NCBI GenBank assembly: GCA_013334575.1
Contig: JAAXXG010000001.1
Location: 41,280 to 105,279, forward strand
Reading direction: 5' to 3'
Origin: Candidatus Moraniibacteriota bacterium
Lineage (GTDB): Bacteria > Patescibacteriota > Minisyncoccia > Moranbacterales > UBA1568
DNA: 64,000 nt
Shown: positions 46,971 to 56,359 of the stretch, one piece after another
Numbering within the stretch: position 1 is the first letter of the stretch
How the letters are laid out: each line of letters starts with the position of its first letter
The notes under the pieces: generated by a model
The model's database searches: none
The model's input: only the letters and a program-made list of their open reading frames with translations
What the model was told of the DNA's origin: nothing
Program-made: the position numbers and the translations under genes

Positions 46971-49619
46971 ATGGATTTCATGAAGAAAATGTTCGGATCG
47001 AACGAGCGAGTCATCGCGTCGTTGCGTCCGACCGTCGACGCGATCAATGCGCTCTCGAAGGCGATGGAGGATCTTTCTGACGAGGCCCTGCGCGCGAAGA
47101 CCGAGGAATTCCGCTCACGTCTCGCGAAAGGCGAGACGGAGGGCGACCTCCTGCCGGAAGCGTTCGCGGTCGTCCGCGAAGCGGCTCGACGGGTGATCGG
47201 CGAGCGACATTACGACGTGCAGCTTCTGGGCGGTATCGTACTGCATCAGGGGAAGATCGCGGAGATGCGGACCGGAGAAGGGAAGACGCTCACGTCGACC
47301 TTGCCGGTCTATCTCAACGCGGTTTCCGGAAAAGGGGTGCATGTCGTCACGGTAAACGACTACCTGGCGAAACGGGACGCGAACTGGATGGGTCGGGTAT
47401 TCCATTTCCTCGGGCTTTCCACGGCCTGCATCCTGCAGCAGGGCATCTCGTACCGGTACGAGCCGAACGTGATCGACCGCGACGAAGTGACCGTCGAGGC
47501 CGAAAATCTCGTTCCGGTGACACGTCGGGAGGCTTACGCCGCGGATATCACCTACGGGACGAACAACGAGTTCGGCTTCGACTACCTCCGGGACAACATG
47601 GTCGCAGACCTGGCGGACATGGTTCAGCGGGGACTCAACTTCGCCATCGTCGACGAAGTGGACTCCATCCTGATCGACGAGGCACGGACGCCACTTATCA
47701 TTTCCGCACCCGATTCCGAGTCGACCAAGCTGTACGAGCGGTTCGCTCGGATCGTTCCGCGGCTCCATGCCGAAGAGGACTACGTCCTGGATGAGAAGTT
47801 CCGTTCCGTCACCCTGACCGACAAGGGAATCAGCCGTGTCGAGGAGCTGCTCGGAATGCCGAACCTGTACGGGGAAGGGAATATCCAGTATGTCCACCAT
47901 CTCGAACAGTCGCTTAAGGCCCAGTTCGTCTTCCACCGCGATCGGGACTACGTCGTTCGCGACGGCGAGGTGCTTATCGTGGACGATTTCACGGGCCGGA
48001 TCATGCAGGGACGCCGGTACAGCGAAGGGCTCCATCAGGCGATCGAAGCGAAGGAGGGAGTGACGGTACAGCGCGAATCGCGGACGCTTGCGACCATCAC
48101 GTTCCAGAACTATTTCCGCCTCTACGGAAAGCTGGCCGGAATGACCGGTACCGCATCGACCTCCGCCGAAGAGTTCTCGAAGGTCTACTCGCTCGACGTC
48201 GTCGAAATACCCACGAACCGTCCCATGACGCGTACGGACCTTCCGGATATCATCTACAAGACCGAGGAGGGAAAATTCCGGAAGATCGCGGAGGAGGTGA
48301 AGCGGATACATGAAACCGGGCAACCGGTCCTGATCGGGACGATCGCCATCGAGAAATCGGAATACCTGTCGGCGCTCCTCGAACGCGAGGGTGTCCCGCA
48401 CGAGGTACTGAACGCCAAGCAGCACGAGCGCGAGGCGTCCATCGTCGCGGCCGCGGGCCGAAAGGGCGCGGTCACGATCGCCACGAACATGGCCGGTCGC
48501 GGAACCGACATCAAGCTCGGTGACGGCGTCAGGGAGCTTGGCGGGCTCGTGATCCTCGGGACCGAACGGCACGAGGCGCGTCGCATCGACAATCAGCTGC
48601 GCGGCCGTTCCGGACGCCAGGGCGATCCGGGAATGACGAGATTCTACCTTTCGCTTGAAGACGAGCTCATGCGCCGATTTGCCGGCGACCGGCTCAAGAA
48701 CATGATGAACACGATGGGGCTTCCGGATGACGAACCCATCGAAAGCAAGGCTATCTCGCACATGGTAGAGAGCGCCCAGACGAAGATCGAAGGATTCAAC
48801 TTCGACATCCGCAAGCACGTCCTCGACTACGACGATGTCATGAACCGCCAGCGCGAGGTGATCTATCGTCGTCGGCGCGAAGCCCTTTCGGCATCGGCGA
48901 TGACCGAAGTCACCGAGGACCTGCTTGCCGAGGAATTGGACCGGATCGTCGGGTTCCATTGTGCCGGGAGCGAATCGGAGTGGGCGATCGCGGAAATCGT
49001 CGCCGAAGCGAACGGTATGTATCCCTCCCTCGATGAACGCGCGACCATCGGAAACGTCGAGGCTATCCGGGACGACCGGGCGCTCGACGAGGAAGAGAAG
49101 CGGGCGCAGATCCGGGAACTGATGCTTTTGGAAGGAAAATCCGCGCTATCGAAGAAGGCGGAAGCCGTGCCGACGGAGATCTGGGATAGGATCCAGCGGG
49201 CGCTGTATGTCCAGTCGCTCGACCAGCTGTGGATGAACCACCTCGACGAGATCGAATATCTCCGTCAGGGCATCGGCCTGCGCGGCTACGGGCAGCGCGA
49301 TCCGCTCGTCGAATACAAGCGGGAAGCGTTCAATCTGTTCACGGGACTGCTCGACGCGGTCCGAAAGACCTACCTTCTGACCGTCTTCAAGATCGGCCCC
49401 ATACAGGAAGCGCCCATCGCCGTCGAGCGGAAGAACATCGTCCTCTCGGGCGCTTCGGATTCGGCGGAGCAGTTCTCCGGCTCCGGGGAAGAAGGAAACG
49501 ACCGCTCAAAGGGATCGACCGCCAAGAGCGAACCGCTCCATGCGGACAACGTCATCGGTCGCAACGATCCCTGCCCGTGCGGCTCGGGGAAGAAGTACAA
49601 GAAGTGTTGCGGGAAATAG
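46971..49619 (+). CDS. secA: Preprotein translocase ATPase SecA
   Basis: Full-length SecA with DEAD motor motifs and a C-terminal zinc-binding CPCGSGKKYKKCCG. Confidence 0.95.
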   Translation: MDFMKKMFGSNERVIASLRPTVDAINALSKAMEDLSDEALRAKTEEFRSRLAKGETEGDLLPEAFAVVREAARRVIGERHYDVQLLGGIVLHQGKIAEMRTGEGKTLTSTLPVYLNAVSGKGVHVVTVNDYLAKRDANWMGRVFHFLGLSTACILQQGISYRYEPNVIDRDEVTVEAENLVPVTRREAYAADITYGTNNEFGFDYLRDNMVADLADMVQRGLNFAIVDEVDSILIDEARTPLIISAPDSESTKLYERFARIVPRLHAEEDYVLDEKFRSVTLTDKGISRVEELLGMPNLYGEGNIQYVHHLEQSLKAQFVFHRDRDYVVRDGEVLIVDDFTGRIMQGRRYSEGLHQAIEAKEGVTVQRESRTLATITFQNYFRLYGKLAGMTGTASTSAEEFSKVYSLDVVEIPTNRPMTRTDLPDIIYKTEEGKFRKIAEEVKRIHETGQPVLIGTIAIEKSEYLSALLEREGVPHEVLNAKQHEREASIVAAAGRKGAVTIATNMAGRGTDIKLGDGVRELGGLVILGTERHEARRIDNQLRGRSGRQGDPGMTRFYLSLEDELMRRFAGDRLKNMMNTMGLPDDEPIESKAISHMVESAQTKIEGFNFDIRKHVLDYDDVMNRQREVIYRRRREALSASAMTEVTEDLLAEELDRIVGFHCAGSESEWAIAEIVAEANGMYPSLDERATIGNVEAIRDDRALDEEEKRAQIRELMLLEGKSALSKKAEAVPTEIWDRIQRALYVQSLDQLWMNHLDEIEYLRQGIGLRGYGQRDPLVEYKREAFNLFTGLLDAVRKTYLLTVFKIGPIQEAPIAVERKNIVLSGASDSAEQFSGSGEEGNDRSKGSTAKSEPLHADNVIGRNDPCPCGSGKKYKKCCGK

Positions 49620-49628
49620 CGAAAAACC

Positions 49629-50159
49629 ATGTCTGCCGAATACATCAGCCTCAAGAATGCGAAACAGGACAAGTTATTCTATTTCGTGGCGAACGTGGTC
49701 GTCTATCGCGAGGCCGACGGAAGATGCCTCATCCTGAAAAGAAGCGAGGCGGAGAAAGTCCATCCCGGCCGCTGGTGCGTTCCCGGAGGGAAGCTCGAGT
49801 GGCACCAGCTTGATCCGACACGACCGACCCGTCGAAATGGAGACGTGCTCGATTACGAGAATGCCGTCGAGGAACTTCTCAGCCGAGAAGTGGAGGAAGA
49901 GGCCGGGATTTCCATACGGAACGGACTCGAATACATCAACAGCGTCGCCTTTATCCGCCCGGATGCCGTACCGGTCATCCTCGTCAAGTTCGCGGCCATA
50001 TATGCAGCCGGAGAGGTACGGATCGAGAAGGGAGCCTTCACCGACTCCGCCTGGGTAAACGCCGAAGAAGTCGGATCGTACGAATGTATCGACGGAATCA
50101 AGGAAGAGGTCGGAAAGACGATCGATCTATTTCGAAAACGCGCTATCGATCGCGTATGA
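49629..50159 (+). CDS. NUDIX hydrolase
   Basis: Nudix box GGKLEW...REVEEEAGI. Confidence 0.7.
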   Translation: MSAEYISLKNAKQDKLFYFVANVVVYREADGRCLILKRSEAEKVHPGRWCVPGGKLEWHQLDPTRPTRRNGDVLDYENAVEELLSREVEEEAGISIRNGLEYINSVAFIRPDAVPVILVKFAAIYAAGEVRIEKGAFTDSAWVNAEEVGSYECIDGIKEEVGKTIDLFRKRAIDRV

Positions 50160-50671
50160 GCAAGATCATGACGCTCACGATGATCGTCCGGGACGGGAAG
50201 ATGCTTCTCGGCATGAAGAAGCGGGGATTCGGTGTCGGAAAATGGAACGGATTCGGAGGAAAGGTTGAGGAAGGGGAATCGATACGCGAAGCCGCCATAC
50301 GCGAAGTCTTCGAAGAATCGGGCCTGACCGTCGAAGAACTCGAGGAAGCGGGAACGGCTGAGTTTTCTTTCGAGGACGGGACCGGGTCGCGGACGGTTCA
50401 TGTGTTCCGATGCGCTTCGTACTCGGGAGACCCGGTCGAGACGGATGAGATGCGACCGGAATGGTTTGACCTGGACAGACTTCCGATTTCGGACATGTGG
50501 CCCGCCGATACGCATTGGCTGTCCGGCTACTTCCTCCATGACAAACCGTTTCGGGCGGAATTCCTGTATGATCACCCGACGGCACCGGACCGTCCCAGTA
50601 CGATCCTCCGGATGGAAATCTCGGAAATTCGGAATGATGAAAATATTTCCGGTCGAATTTCTATCCGATAA
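50156..50671 (+). CDS. NUDIX hydrolase (MutT-like)
   Basis: GGKVEEGESIREAAIREVFEESGL Nudix box. ATGA overlap with the upstream NUDIX gene. Confidence 0.7.
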   Translation: MSKIMTLTMIVRDGKMLLGMKKRGFGVGKWNGFGGKVEEGESIREAAIREVFEESGLTVEELEEAGTAEFSFEDGTGSRTVHVFRCASYSGDPVETDEMRPEWFDLDRLPISDMWPADTHWLSGYFLHDKPFRAEFLYDHPTAPDRPSTILRMEISEIRNDENISGRISIR

Positions 50672-50970
50672 CGCGTAGTGGAAAAAGTCTTCAATCGGGC
50701 TCTTTGACGACAAAAAAACCGGCATACCCGCGTTTTCAACCAAACAAAGGAGTGAATGGGTGAAGTGCCTGCTGTGCACGCGGGTTGCCGGTCCATAATC
50801 GCTGTCGGAACGAACTGAGTGGAGTATAGTCTATCGCCCGTTCCTGTCAAGAGTCGCAAAAAATGAACCCGGCCGACCCTGCCCGTTGGCATAGAATTCG
50901 ACCGGGTTACCGCGTTTGTCGCTGAACAAGCCGCGGGAAGAACTGTCACCAGTATAGTCGGGATCAAAGG

Positions 50971-51027
50971 AAAAAAACAACCCCGTCTGTGATTGTTTTC
51001 CACCGAAGCGGAATCATCAGACGGGGT
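50971..51027 (-). terminator. Minus-strand intrinsic terminator (14-bp stem with one bulge, plus U7)
   Basis: ccccgtctg-tgatt ... aatcatcagacgggg. Read on the minus strand it is followed by TTGTTTTTTT. Confidence 0.55.
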
Positions 51028-51144
51028 GCAGCGGCGTGTCCCCCAATTCACGCCGCCTATTGCCTGTATTGCGCAGACAAATCCAAATCAAGAAAGGTAC
51101 TATGCACCTACCCGGTAGCCACTTTTTGGCCACCGTTCCGTAGT
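50971..51144 (-). ncRNA. Candidate small RNA (~175 nt), unidentified family
   Basis: Minus-strand promoter TTGACG-17-TAAATT (plus coordinates 51179-51151). Two 3' hairpins and a U-tract terminator. No plausible ORF. Confidence 0.3.
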
Positions 51145-51274
51145 GATACGAATTTATCACTTGAACAGCCATGCGTCAAGAGTGGGTGAAAGTATTTCAA
51201 GTGACGGAATATCTCCGAAAGGCTTTCCTTTCTGAGCCATATCGATATACAATCCGATATAATGGCTTATCCAT

Positions 51275-52345
51275 ATGGATTTATCCGATCTCGAATCGTA
51301 CGATTACAAGCTTCCTGAAGAACTTATCCGGAAACGCGGCGTGGAACCGCGCGACTCGGCACGTCTCTTCGTTTACGACACGGCCGAGAACCTGGTCGTT
51401 CACGATACGTTCGCGAATCTTAGTGACCATCTTCCGAAAGGATCGCTGCTCGTACTCAACGAAACCCGCGTCGTCCCGGCGCGCCTCGTCCTGCGGAAAG
51501 AAACGGGCGGCAAGATCGAGGTCTTCGTACTGGCGAACGAGATACGAAACGGCGAGGACACCGTTCCGGTCCTTGTCGACCGGAAGTGCGTCCCCGGAAT
51601 GCGGCTTTCGTTTCCGGATGGGAGTTATTTCGAGGTCGTTTCGCAACGGGAGAATCGATTTTTCGTCCGGCCAGTATCCGAAATGGCGCTCGGTGAGCTG
51701 CTCGATCGGTACGGCTCGACGCCGATCCCTCATTATCTGGAAAACGGGAACGAAGCGGACGAGGAGATGGCTCTCAGGAGCCGATATCAGACCGTTTTCG
51801 CGAATGCCGGCGCATCCGTCGCCGCACCGACCGCATCGCTTCACTTCACGGAGAAGGTATTCGACCGGCTCCGGGAAAAGGGAGCAGGGGCGGTTCGGAT
51901 CGGACTCGACGTCGGTCTCGGAACCTTCTCGCCGCTCCGGCGGGAACACTTCGAGACCGGACGGCTTCATCGCGAGCATGTCACCGTATCCGCGGAAGCC
52001 GCGACCCGACTTTCGGAAGCGAAACGGAAGGGGAATGCCATCGTCGCCGTCGGTACGACCGCGCTTCGGACGCTCGAGACGGTAGTTCAGACGGATGAGT
52101 CGGGAGTAGCACGCTTCGCGGCATACGAAGGCGAGACCGACATCTTCATCAGGCCTCCGTACGTCTTCCTGTCAGCCGATATGCTGATTACCAATTTCCA
52201 TCTCCCGAAGAGCTCGCTTATGCTGCTCGTAGAAGCGTTCCTTCGGGACAAAGGAGCGGACAGGAGTCTGGTTTCGCTGTATGAAGAGGCGATCCGGGAG
52301 AGCTATTCCTTCTATTCGTTCGGCGACTCGATGCTTATCCGATGA
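51275..52345 (+). CDS. queA: S-adenosylmethionine:tRNA ribosyltransferase-isomerase
   Basis: MDLSDLESYDYKLPEELIRKRGVEPRDSARLFV, the canonical QueA N-terminus. 356 aa. Confidence 0.9.
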   Translation: MDLSDLESYDYKLPEELIRKRGVEPRDSARLFVYDTAENLVVHDTFANLSDHLPKGSLLVLNETRVVPARLVLRKETGGKIEVFVLANEIRNGEDTVPVLVDRKCVPGMRLSFPDGSYFEVVSQRENRFFVRPVSEMALGELLDRYGSTPIPHYLENGNEADEEMALRSRYQTVFANAGASVAAPTASLHFTEKVFDRLREKGAGAVRIGLDVGLGTFSPLRREHFETGRLHREHVTVSAEAATRLSEAKRKGNAIVAVGTTALRTLETVVQTDESGVARFAAYEGETDIFIRPPYVFLSADMLITNFHLPKSSLMLLVEAFLRDKGADRSLVSLYEEAIRESYSFYSFGDSMLIR

Positions 52346-52725
52346 TTCGGACATGGGACAGGGAGGCTCGAAGCGCAACGCCGTTCCGGCCCTGTGCTAA
52401 AATGACGGAAACGGACGAATCTATGAGATATGACAAACTAGTCAGGGATCGTATTCCGGAACTGATACGCGAAAAGAATCAATCCTGCTCGTTTCATGTC
52501 GCGACGGACGAGGAGTACCGGAAAAAACTCTACGAAAAGCTTCACGAGGAGGCGGAAGAACTCGTCGCCGACCGGAATGCGGGGGAGGTCGCGGACATCC
52601 TGGAAGTACTCGATGCGATCATGGCGCTCGAGGGCATTTCTCCGGAAGAGGTCTCCGTCGTGAAGCAGGAAAAACATGAACGGCGCGGAGGCTTCGAAAG
52701 TCGGATCATCCTGGAGGAATCATGA
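52342..52725 (+). CDS. MazG/HisE-like nucleotide pyrophosphohydrolase domain protein
   Basis: KLVRDRIPELI...EEAEEL...EVADILEVLDAI, an all-alpha NTP-PPase pattern. ATGA overlap with queA. Alternative starts at 52402 and 52423. Confidence 0.4.
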   Translation: MIRTWDREARSATPFRPCAKMTETDESMRYDKLVRDRIPELIREKNQSCSFHVATDEEYRKKLYEKLHEEAEELVADRNAGEVADILEVLDAIMALEGISPEEVSVVKQEKHERRGGFESRIILEES

Positions 52726-52726
52726 T

Positions 52727-53113
52727 ATGAAAAAGAAAATGATCGTCGCCGTACTCGGAGCGAGCGATAAGCCGGCGCGGTATTCGAACAAGGCGGTCCG
52801 GGAACTTGTCGCCCACGGGTACGACGTCATACCGATCCATCCTTCGCTTTCAGCCGTAGAAGGAATTCCGGTCGTTCGTGGAATGAACGGAATCGACGGC
52901 GAAGTCGACGCGCTTTCGGTGTATGTGAGGCCGGATATCAGCGGAAACCTTGCGGACGAGATCATCCGACTTGCACCGAAGACGGCCATATTCAATCCCG
53001 GAACGGAGAATCCGGATCTCGAAGGACGCCTTTCCGAGGCGGGTATCCGTGTGGCCCATGCCTGCACCGTTACGACGCTCCGGACCGGCACGTTCGCCTC
53101 ACTCATACGGTAA
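52727..53113 (+). CDS. CoA-binding domain protein (YccU-like)
   Basis: MKKKMIVAVLGASDKPARYSNKAVRELVAHGYDVIPIHP. Confidence 0.6.
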   Translation: MKKKMIVAVLGASDKPARYSNKAVRELVAHGYDVIPIHPSLSAVEGIPVVRGMNGIDGEVDALSVYVRPDISGNLADEIIRLAPKTAIFNPGTENPDLEGRLSEAGIRVAHACTVTTLRTGTFASLIR

Positions 53114-53123
53114 CGATCCTCCT

Positions 53124-54272
53124 GTGACCTTCCGTCTTCTCAGAGCGTTTTCCTTCATCTTCTCGGTCGTCATCGGACTTGCGATGGCATACGCATCCGT
53201 CACGGGAGTCCGTTTCGGAGTGCAGGCTTTCGGTGCACGGACCGTTTCCGCTACCACGGTTTCCTCGGAGATCAGGGATCCCGAACAGCCGTTCCTTATA
53301 TCGTTCTCGGATTCCGTAGGATCTTCGGATGCTCTTTCCGGTCTCTCGGTCGAACCGGCGACACCGTTTCACACCGAATGGCGCGATGGTGGAAAGATTC
53401 TCGCAGTCCTTCCCGAAACGGCGTGGGAGTCGGGAGCAACCTACCGAATAGGGTCGGCAGGCGGTCATGTCGGCGTTCGGACCCGCGTCGAACCGTTCTC
53501 ACTCGGATTCTCGGTTCCGGGGTACCCCGCCGTCGCCGAGGTCAATCCTTCCGATGGTGCGTCCGACGTGCTGCTCGACATTGAGGATCCGATCACGGTC
53601 CGTTTCGACCGTTCTATATCGGATTTTTTCGCGGACTTTTCGATAACGCCGGACATAGGCGTCACGTACGAGAACGATTCCGATAAGACGACGTTCCGGA
53701 TCCTTCCGCGAGAACCGCTCCGGCCGGATACCGTCTATACGATGACCGTGCGTGTCAGATGGCGATACGAAGCGGATGACGCGTTTCGTGAAGTCACGCG
53801 GGTTTCGTTTCGAACTCCTCCCGCGAAGCCCGTATCGTGGGCGCAGGACGTATCCGAACGCGTCTCGCAGGTCCGACGCTATGCCAAGGCGCCATTGCCG
53901 ATGGGAAAGGTCATAGATATCGATCTCTCGAGTCAGGTCATGACGATCTTCGAGAACGGACAACTGCTTGATGCGTATCCGGTCTCATCCGGGAAGCCCG
54001 GCATGGATACGCCAAAAGGGGAGTATGCGATCCGGAACAAGGCGCCACGCCCGTGGTCTTCCGCGTACGGGCTCTATATGCCGTATTGGATGGCGCTTGT
54101 TCCGGACGGAAAATTCGGAATACACGAGCTTCCCGAATGGCCGGGCGGCTATAAGGAGGGAGCCGCACACCTCGGTCGGCCCGTCTCGCATGGATGCGTC
54201 CGGCTCGGTGTCGGTCCAGCGGAGCGTGTCTTTGCATGGGCGGATATAGGAACTCCGGTCATCGTCCATTGA
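53124..54272 (+). CDS. L,D-transpeptidase (YkuD domain) with N-terminal Ig-like domains
   Basis: C-terminal HGCVRL catalytic motif (GRPVSHGCVRLGVGP). Probable GTG start at 53124 before a signal anchor. Confidence 0.7.
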   Translation: MTFRLLRAFSFIFSVVIGLAMAYASVTGVRFGVQAFGARTVSATTVSSEIRDPEQPFLISFSDSVGSSDALSGLSVEPATPFHTEWRDGGKILAVLPETAWESGATYRIGSAGGHVGVRTRVEPFSLGFSVPGYPAVAEVNPSDGASDVLLDIEDPITVRFDRSISDFFADFSITPDIGVTYENDSDKTTFRILPREPLRPDTVYTMTVRVRWRYEADDAFREVTRVSFRTPPAKPVSWAQDVSERVSQVRRYAKAPLPMGKVIDIDLSSQVMTIFENGQLLDAYPVSSGKPGMDTPKGEYAIRNKAPRPWSSAYGLYMPYWMALVPDGKFGIHELPEWPGGYKEGAAHLGRPVSHGCVRLGVGPAERVFAWADIGTPVIVH

Positions 54273-54392
54273 CAGTCCTTGAAAAGTCGCTGGAAAAGCC
54301 TCCGATTCCGTGGTATCCTGGATCGGTTACCGGTGCGGATGCCCGGTTTTTGGTGAGCCGAAACGGAGGGGCAGTATCAGAGAGACCACCCT

Positions 54393-55154
54393 ATGAACCA
54401 AGTCATCATCATGGCCGGCGGAAAGGGCACCCGCATGAACATGGTCGAAAAACCCAAGACCATGATCGAGGTGGCCGGCAAGCCGATCGTCGAACATATC
54501 GTCGAGGCCGCCGAGAAAGCCGTCCCCGAGACGAAGCCCGTCGTCATCATCGGCTTCCAGGGCCACACCATCGTCGAGCACTTCGGAGACCGCATCCATG
54601 CCGTCGAGCAGAAGGAACAGCTCGGCACCGGACACGCCGTCGCCTGCGCCGCCCCGCTCCTCCGGGACGAACGGGACATCGAGCACATCATCGTGCTCGC
54701 CGGCGACCAACCCCTCATCTCCGAGCTCACCATCCGCACCGTCCTCACCCATCACCGGGACCGGAGCGAGACCGTCACCCTCGGTACCGTCGTCGTTCCC
54801 GACTACGAGGGTATCAACGCCCACCTCCTCCACTACGGACGCATCGTCCGAGGAGAAGACGGCTCCGTCCTCCGCATCGTCGAGTACAAGGACGCCACCG
54901 ACGCGGAACGCGCCCTCCGTGAGGTCAACACCAGCATCTACTGCTTCGACGCGAAGTGGCTCTGGGAGCACATCGACCGTCTCGAAAGCGACAATGCCGC
55001 CAAGGAGTTCTACCTGACCGACCTCATCGCCATGGCCATGGGAGAGGGGAGGACCATCTGCGCTCTCGCGCTGCCGAATCCCGAGGAGGGACTCAACGTG
55101 AACACGCCGGAGCAGCTGGAAGTGATAGAGGGGATATTCGGGAATCGTTTATGA
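54393..55154 (+). CDS. Sugar-1-phosphate nucleotidyltransferase (GlmU uridyltransferase-domain-like, lacking the LbH acetyltransferase domain)
   Basis: IIMAGGKGTRM G-loop. LAGDQPLI and FYLTDLI resemble the GlmU N-terminal domain. Only 253 aa. Confidence 0.6.
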   Translation: MNQVIIMAGGKGTRMNMVEKPKTMIEVAGKPIVEHIVEAAEKAVPETKPVVIIGFQGHTIVEHFGDRIHAVEQKEQLGTGHAVACAAPLLRDERDIEHIIVLAGDQPLISELTIRTVLTHHRDRSETVTLGTVVVPDYEGINAHLLHYGRIVRGEDGSVLRIVEYKDATDAERALREVNTSIYCFDAKWLWEHIDRLESDNAAKEFYLTDLIAMAMGEGRTICALALPNPEEGLNVNTPEQLEVIEGIFGNRL

Positions 55155-55296
55155 ACGCGTGCCGATCGTGACCATGCGGCGGGTCCGGGCTCGGACCCGC
55201 CTTTTGTATTCCGAAGAATTTTGCATTCCGACAAACGATGGGGTATAACGGCGGTAGTCGGACAGTCTCGTTAACAGAATCGAAGGCAGGTGACCC

Positions 55297-55470
55297 ATGG
55301 TTACGGATACGAACGATCAATCAGGACTTGAGCTCGTCATCATTTCCATCGCGTTTTTTTCGGCCTATGTATTACTGATGGCGATAATGGCTTTTTTGAA
55401 GATATTTTGGCTTCCATATGTGATAGGAGCCGTCGTCATCGGACTCTCATGGAAAGCCGTGTATCGATAG
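55297..55470 (+). CDS. Possible 57-aa two-TM small membrane protein
   Basis: Own translation: MVTDTNDQSGLELVIISIAFFSAYVLLMAIMAFLKIFWLPYVIGAVVIGLSWKAVYR. Not in the ORF track. Confidence 0.2.
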   Translation: MVTDTNDQSGLELVIISIAFFSAYVLLMAIMAFLKIFWLPYVIGAVVIGLSWKAVYR

Positions 55471-55732
55471 GGCGGTGCTTCTGCGTACGAAGGATACCGT
55501 GATCAGGAGGGCTATAATGGCTCTCCTGAACTGGTTTTCAGAAGAGGTTCTGTCGGAAAGAGTCTTGACAGAACGTTTGTTTCGCTGTAAAATAAGTTGA
55601 TTCCGACACTTGATCGGAATTATCTGGCACATTACCAAATGCGATCAATCGGACAGCGTCTCGGACGTCTCTTTGCGAGGTTTCTGAAGCGCTGTCCGAT
55701 TTCCGGCAGCGCAATAAAAAGAATATCGAACG

Positions 55733-56242
55733 ATGTACAAGAAAGGTATCATTATCGACCCCCACGGAAAACGGTGGACTTTTGCTCCAGAGTCCTTATC
55801 GTACGTGCTGAGGGATGCGCAGAGAAACGTCATATTCACGATAAGCGTGAAAGATACTGAACTGATTGTTCCTGACTTTGAGAACGATCTCCCTCAATTG
55901 CAAAACTTCGATATCGAACTTGACATATCCGGGTCAACGCTATTCGCTCAACCGGCATCGGAATGCCGGAAGTGCCTGATGATTTTGTATGTGAATGCCG
56001 TCGACCGAGTCGATTTCTCGAAAAAGGCCGAGCCGTTGCGTTTCATCGAGTTGGGAACGGGAAGGATCGGAAACCCGCGAAAACTGAAACGCGACTGCTG
56101 TCGATTTGAATCGTCGCGAATGCTCGTAGTCGCCCTCCAACCAGGGGGTCGGGTCGTGGTGCATCCCGGAGGCAGGACGTCGTCGGATAAGAAGAAGACG
56201 TATCGTTACACTGGCAACGAAATCTGGACCGCCGTCCCTTAG
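55733..56242 (+). CDS. Hypothetical protein (AT-richer segment)
   Basis: No recognisable domain. A hairpin terminator follows at about 56281-56325. Confidence 0.35.
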   Translation: MYKKGIIIDPHGKRWTFAPESLSYVLRDAQRNVIFTISVKDTELIVPDFENDLPQLQNFDIELDISGSTLFAQPASECRKCLMILYVNAVDRVDFSKKAEPLRFIELGTGRIGNPRKLKRDCCRFESSRMLVVALQPGGRVVVHPGGRTSSDKKKTYRYTGNEIWTAVP

Positions 56243-56359
56243 AGGCTCCCAGCGCGCGGAAAGCGGAATCGAGTAAAAAATGAAATCTCCCTTCGGTAGT
56301 ACCCGGGGAGATTTCTTCATTTATGCTAGAATACCGATGAAACTACGAATTTCTATACT

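Noticed and set aside
47115-48959. 614-aa minus-strand ORF inside secA
   Set aside because: Antisense to full-length SecA; GC-driven.
50681-50720. ggaaaaagtc...gggctc resembling the RNase P RNA P4 motif (GGAAAGTCCGGGCTCC)
   Set aside because: The match is interrupted by an 8-nt insertion and lacks the rest of the conserved core. It is also partly inside the NUDIX gene end and intergenic region. Not credible as RNase P.
54194-54922. 242-aa R/P/H-rich ORF overlapping the GlmU-like gene
   Set aside because: Alternate frame of a well-supported nucleotidyltransferase; composition is not protein-like.
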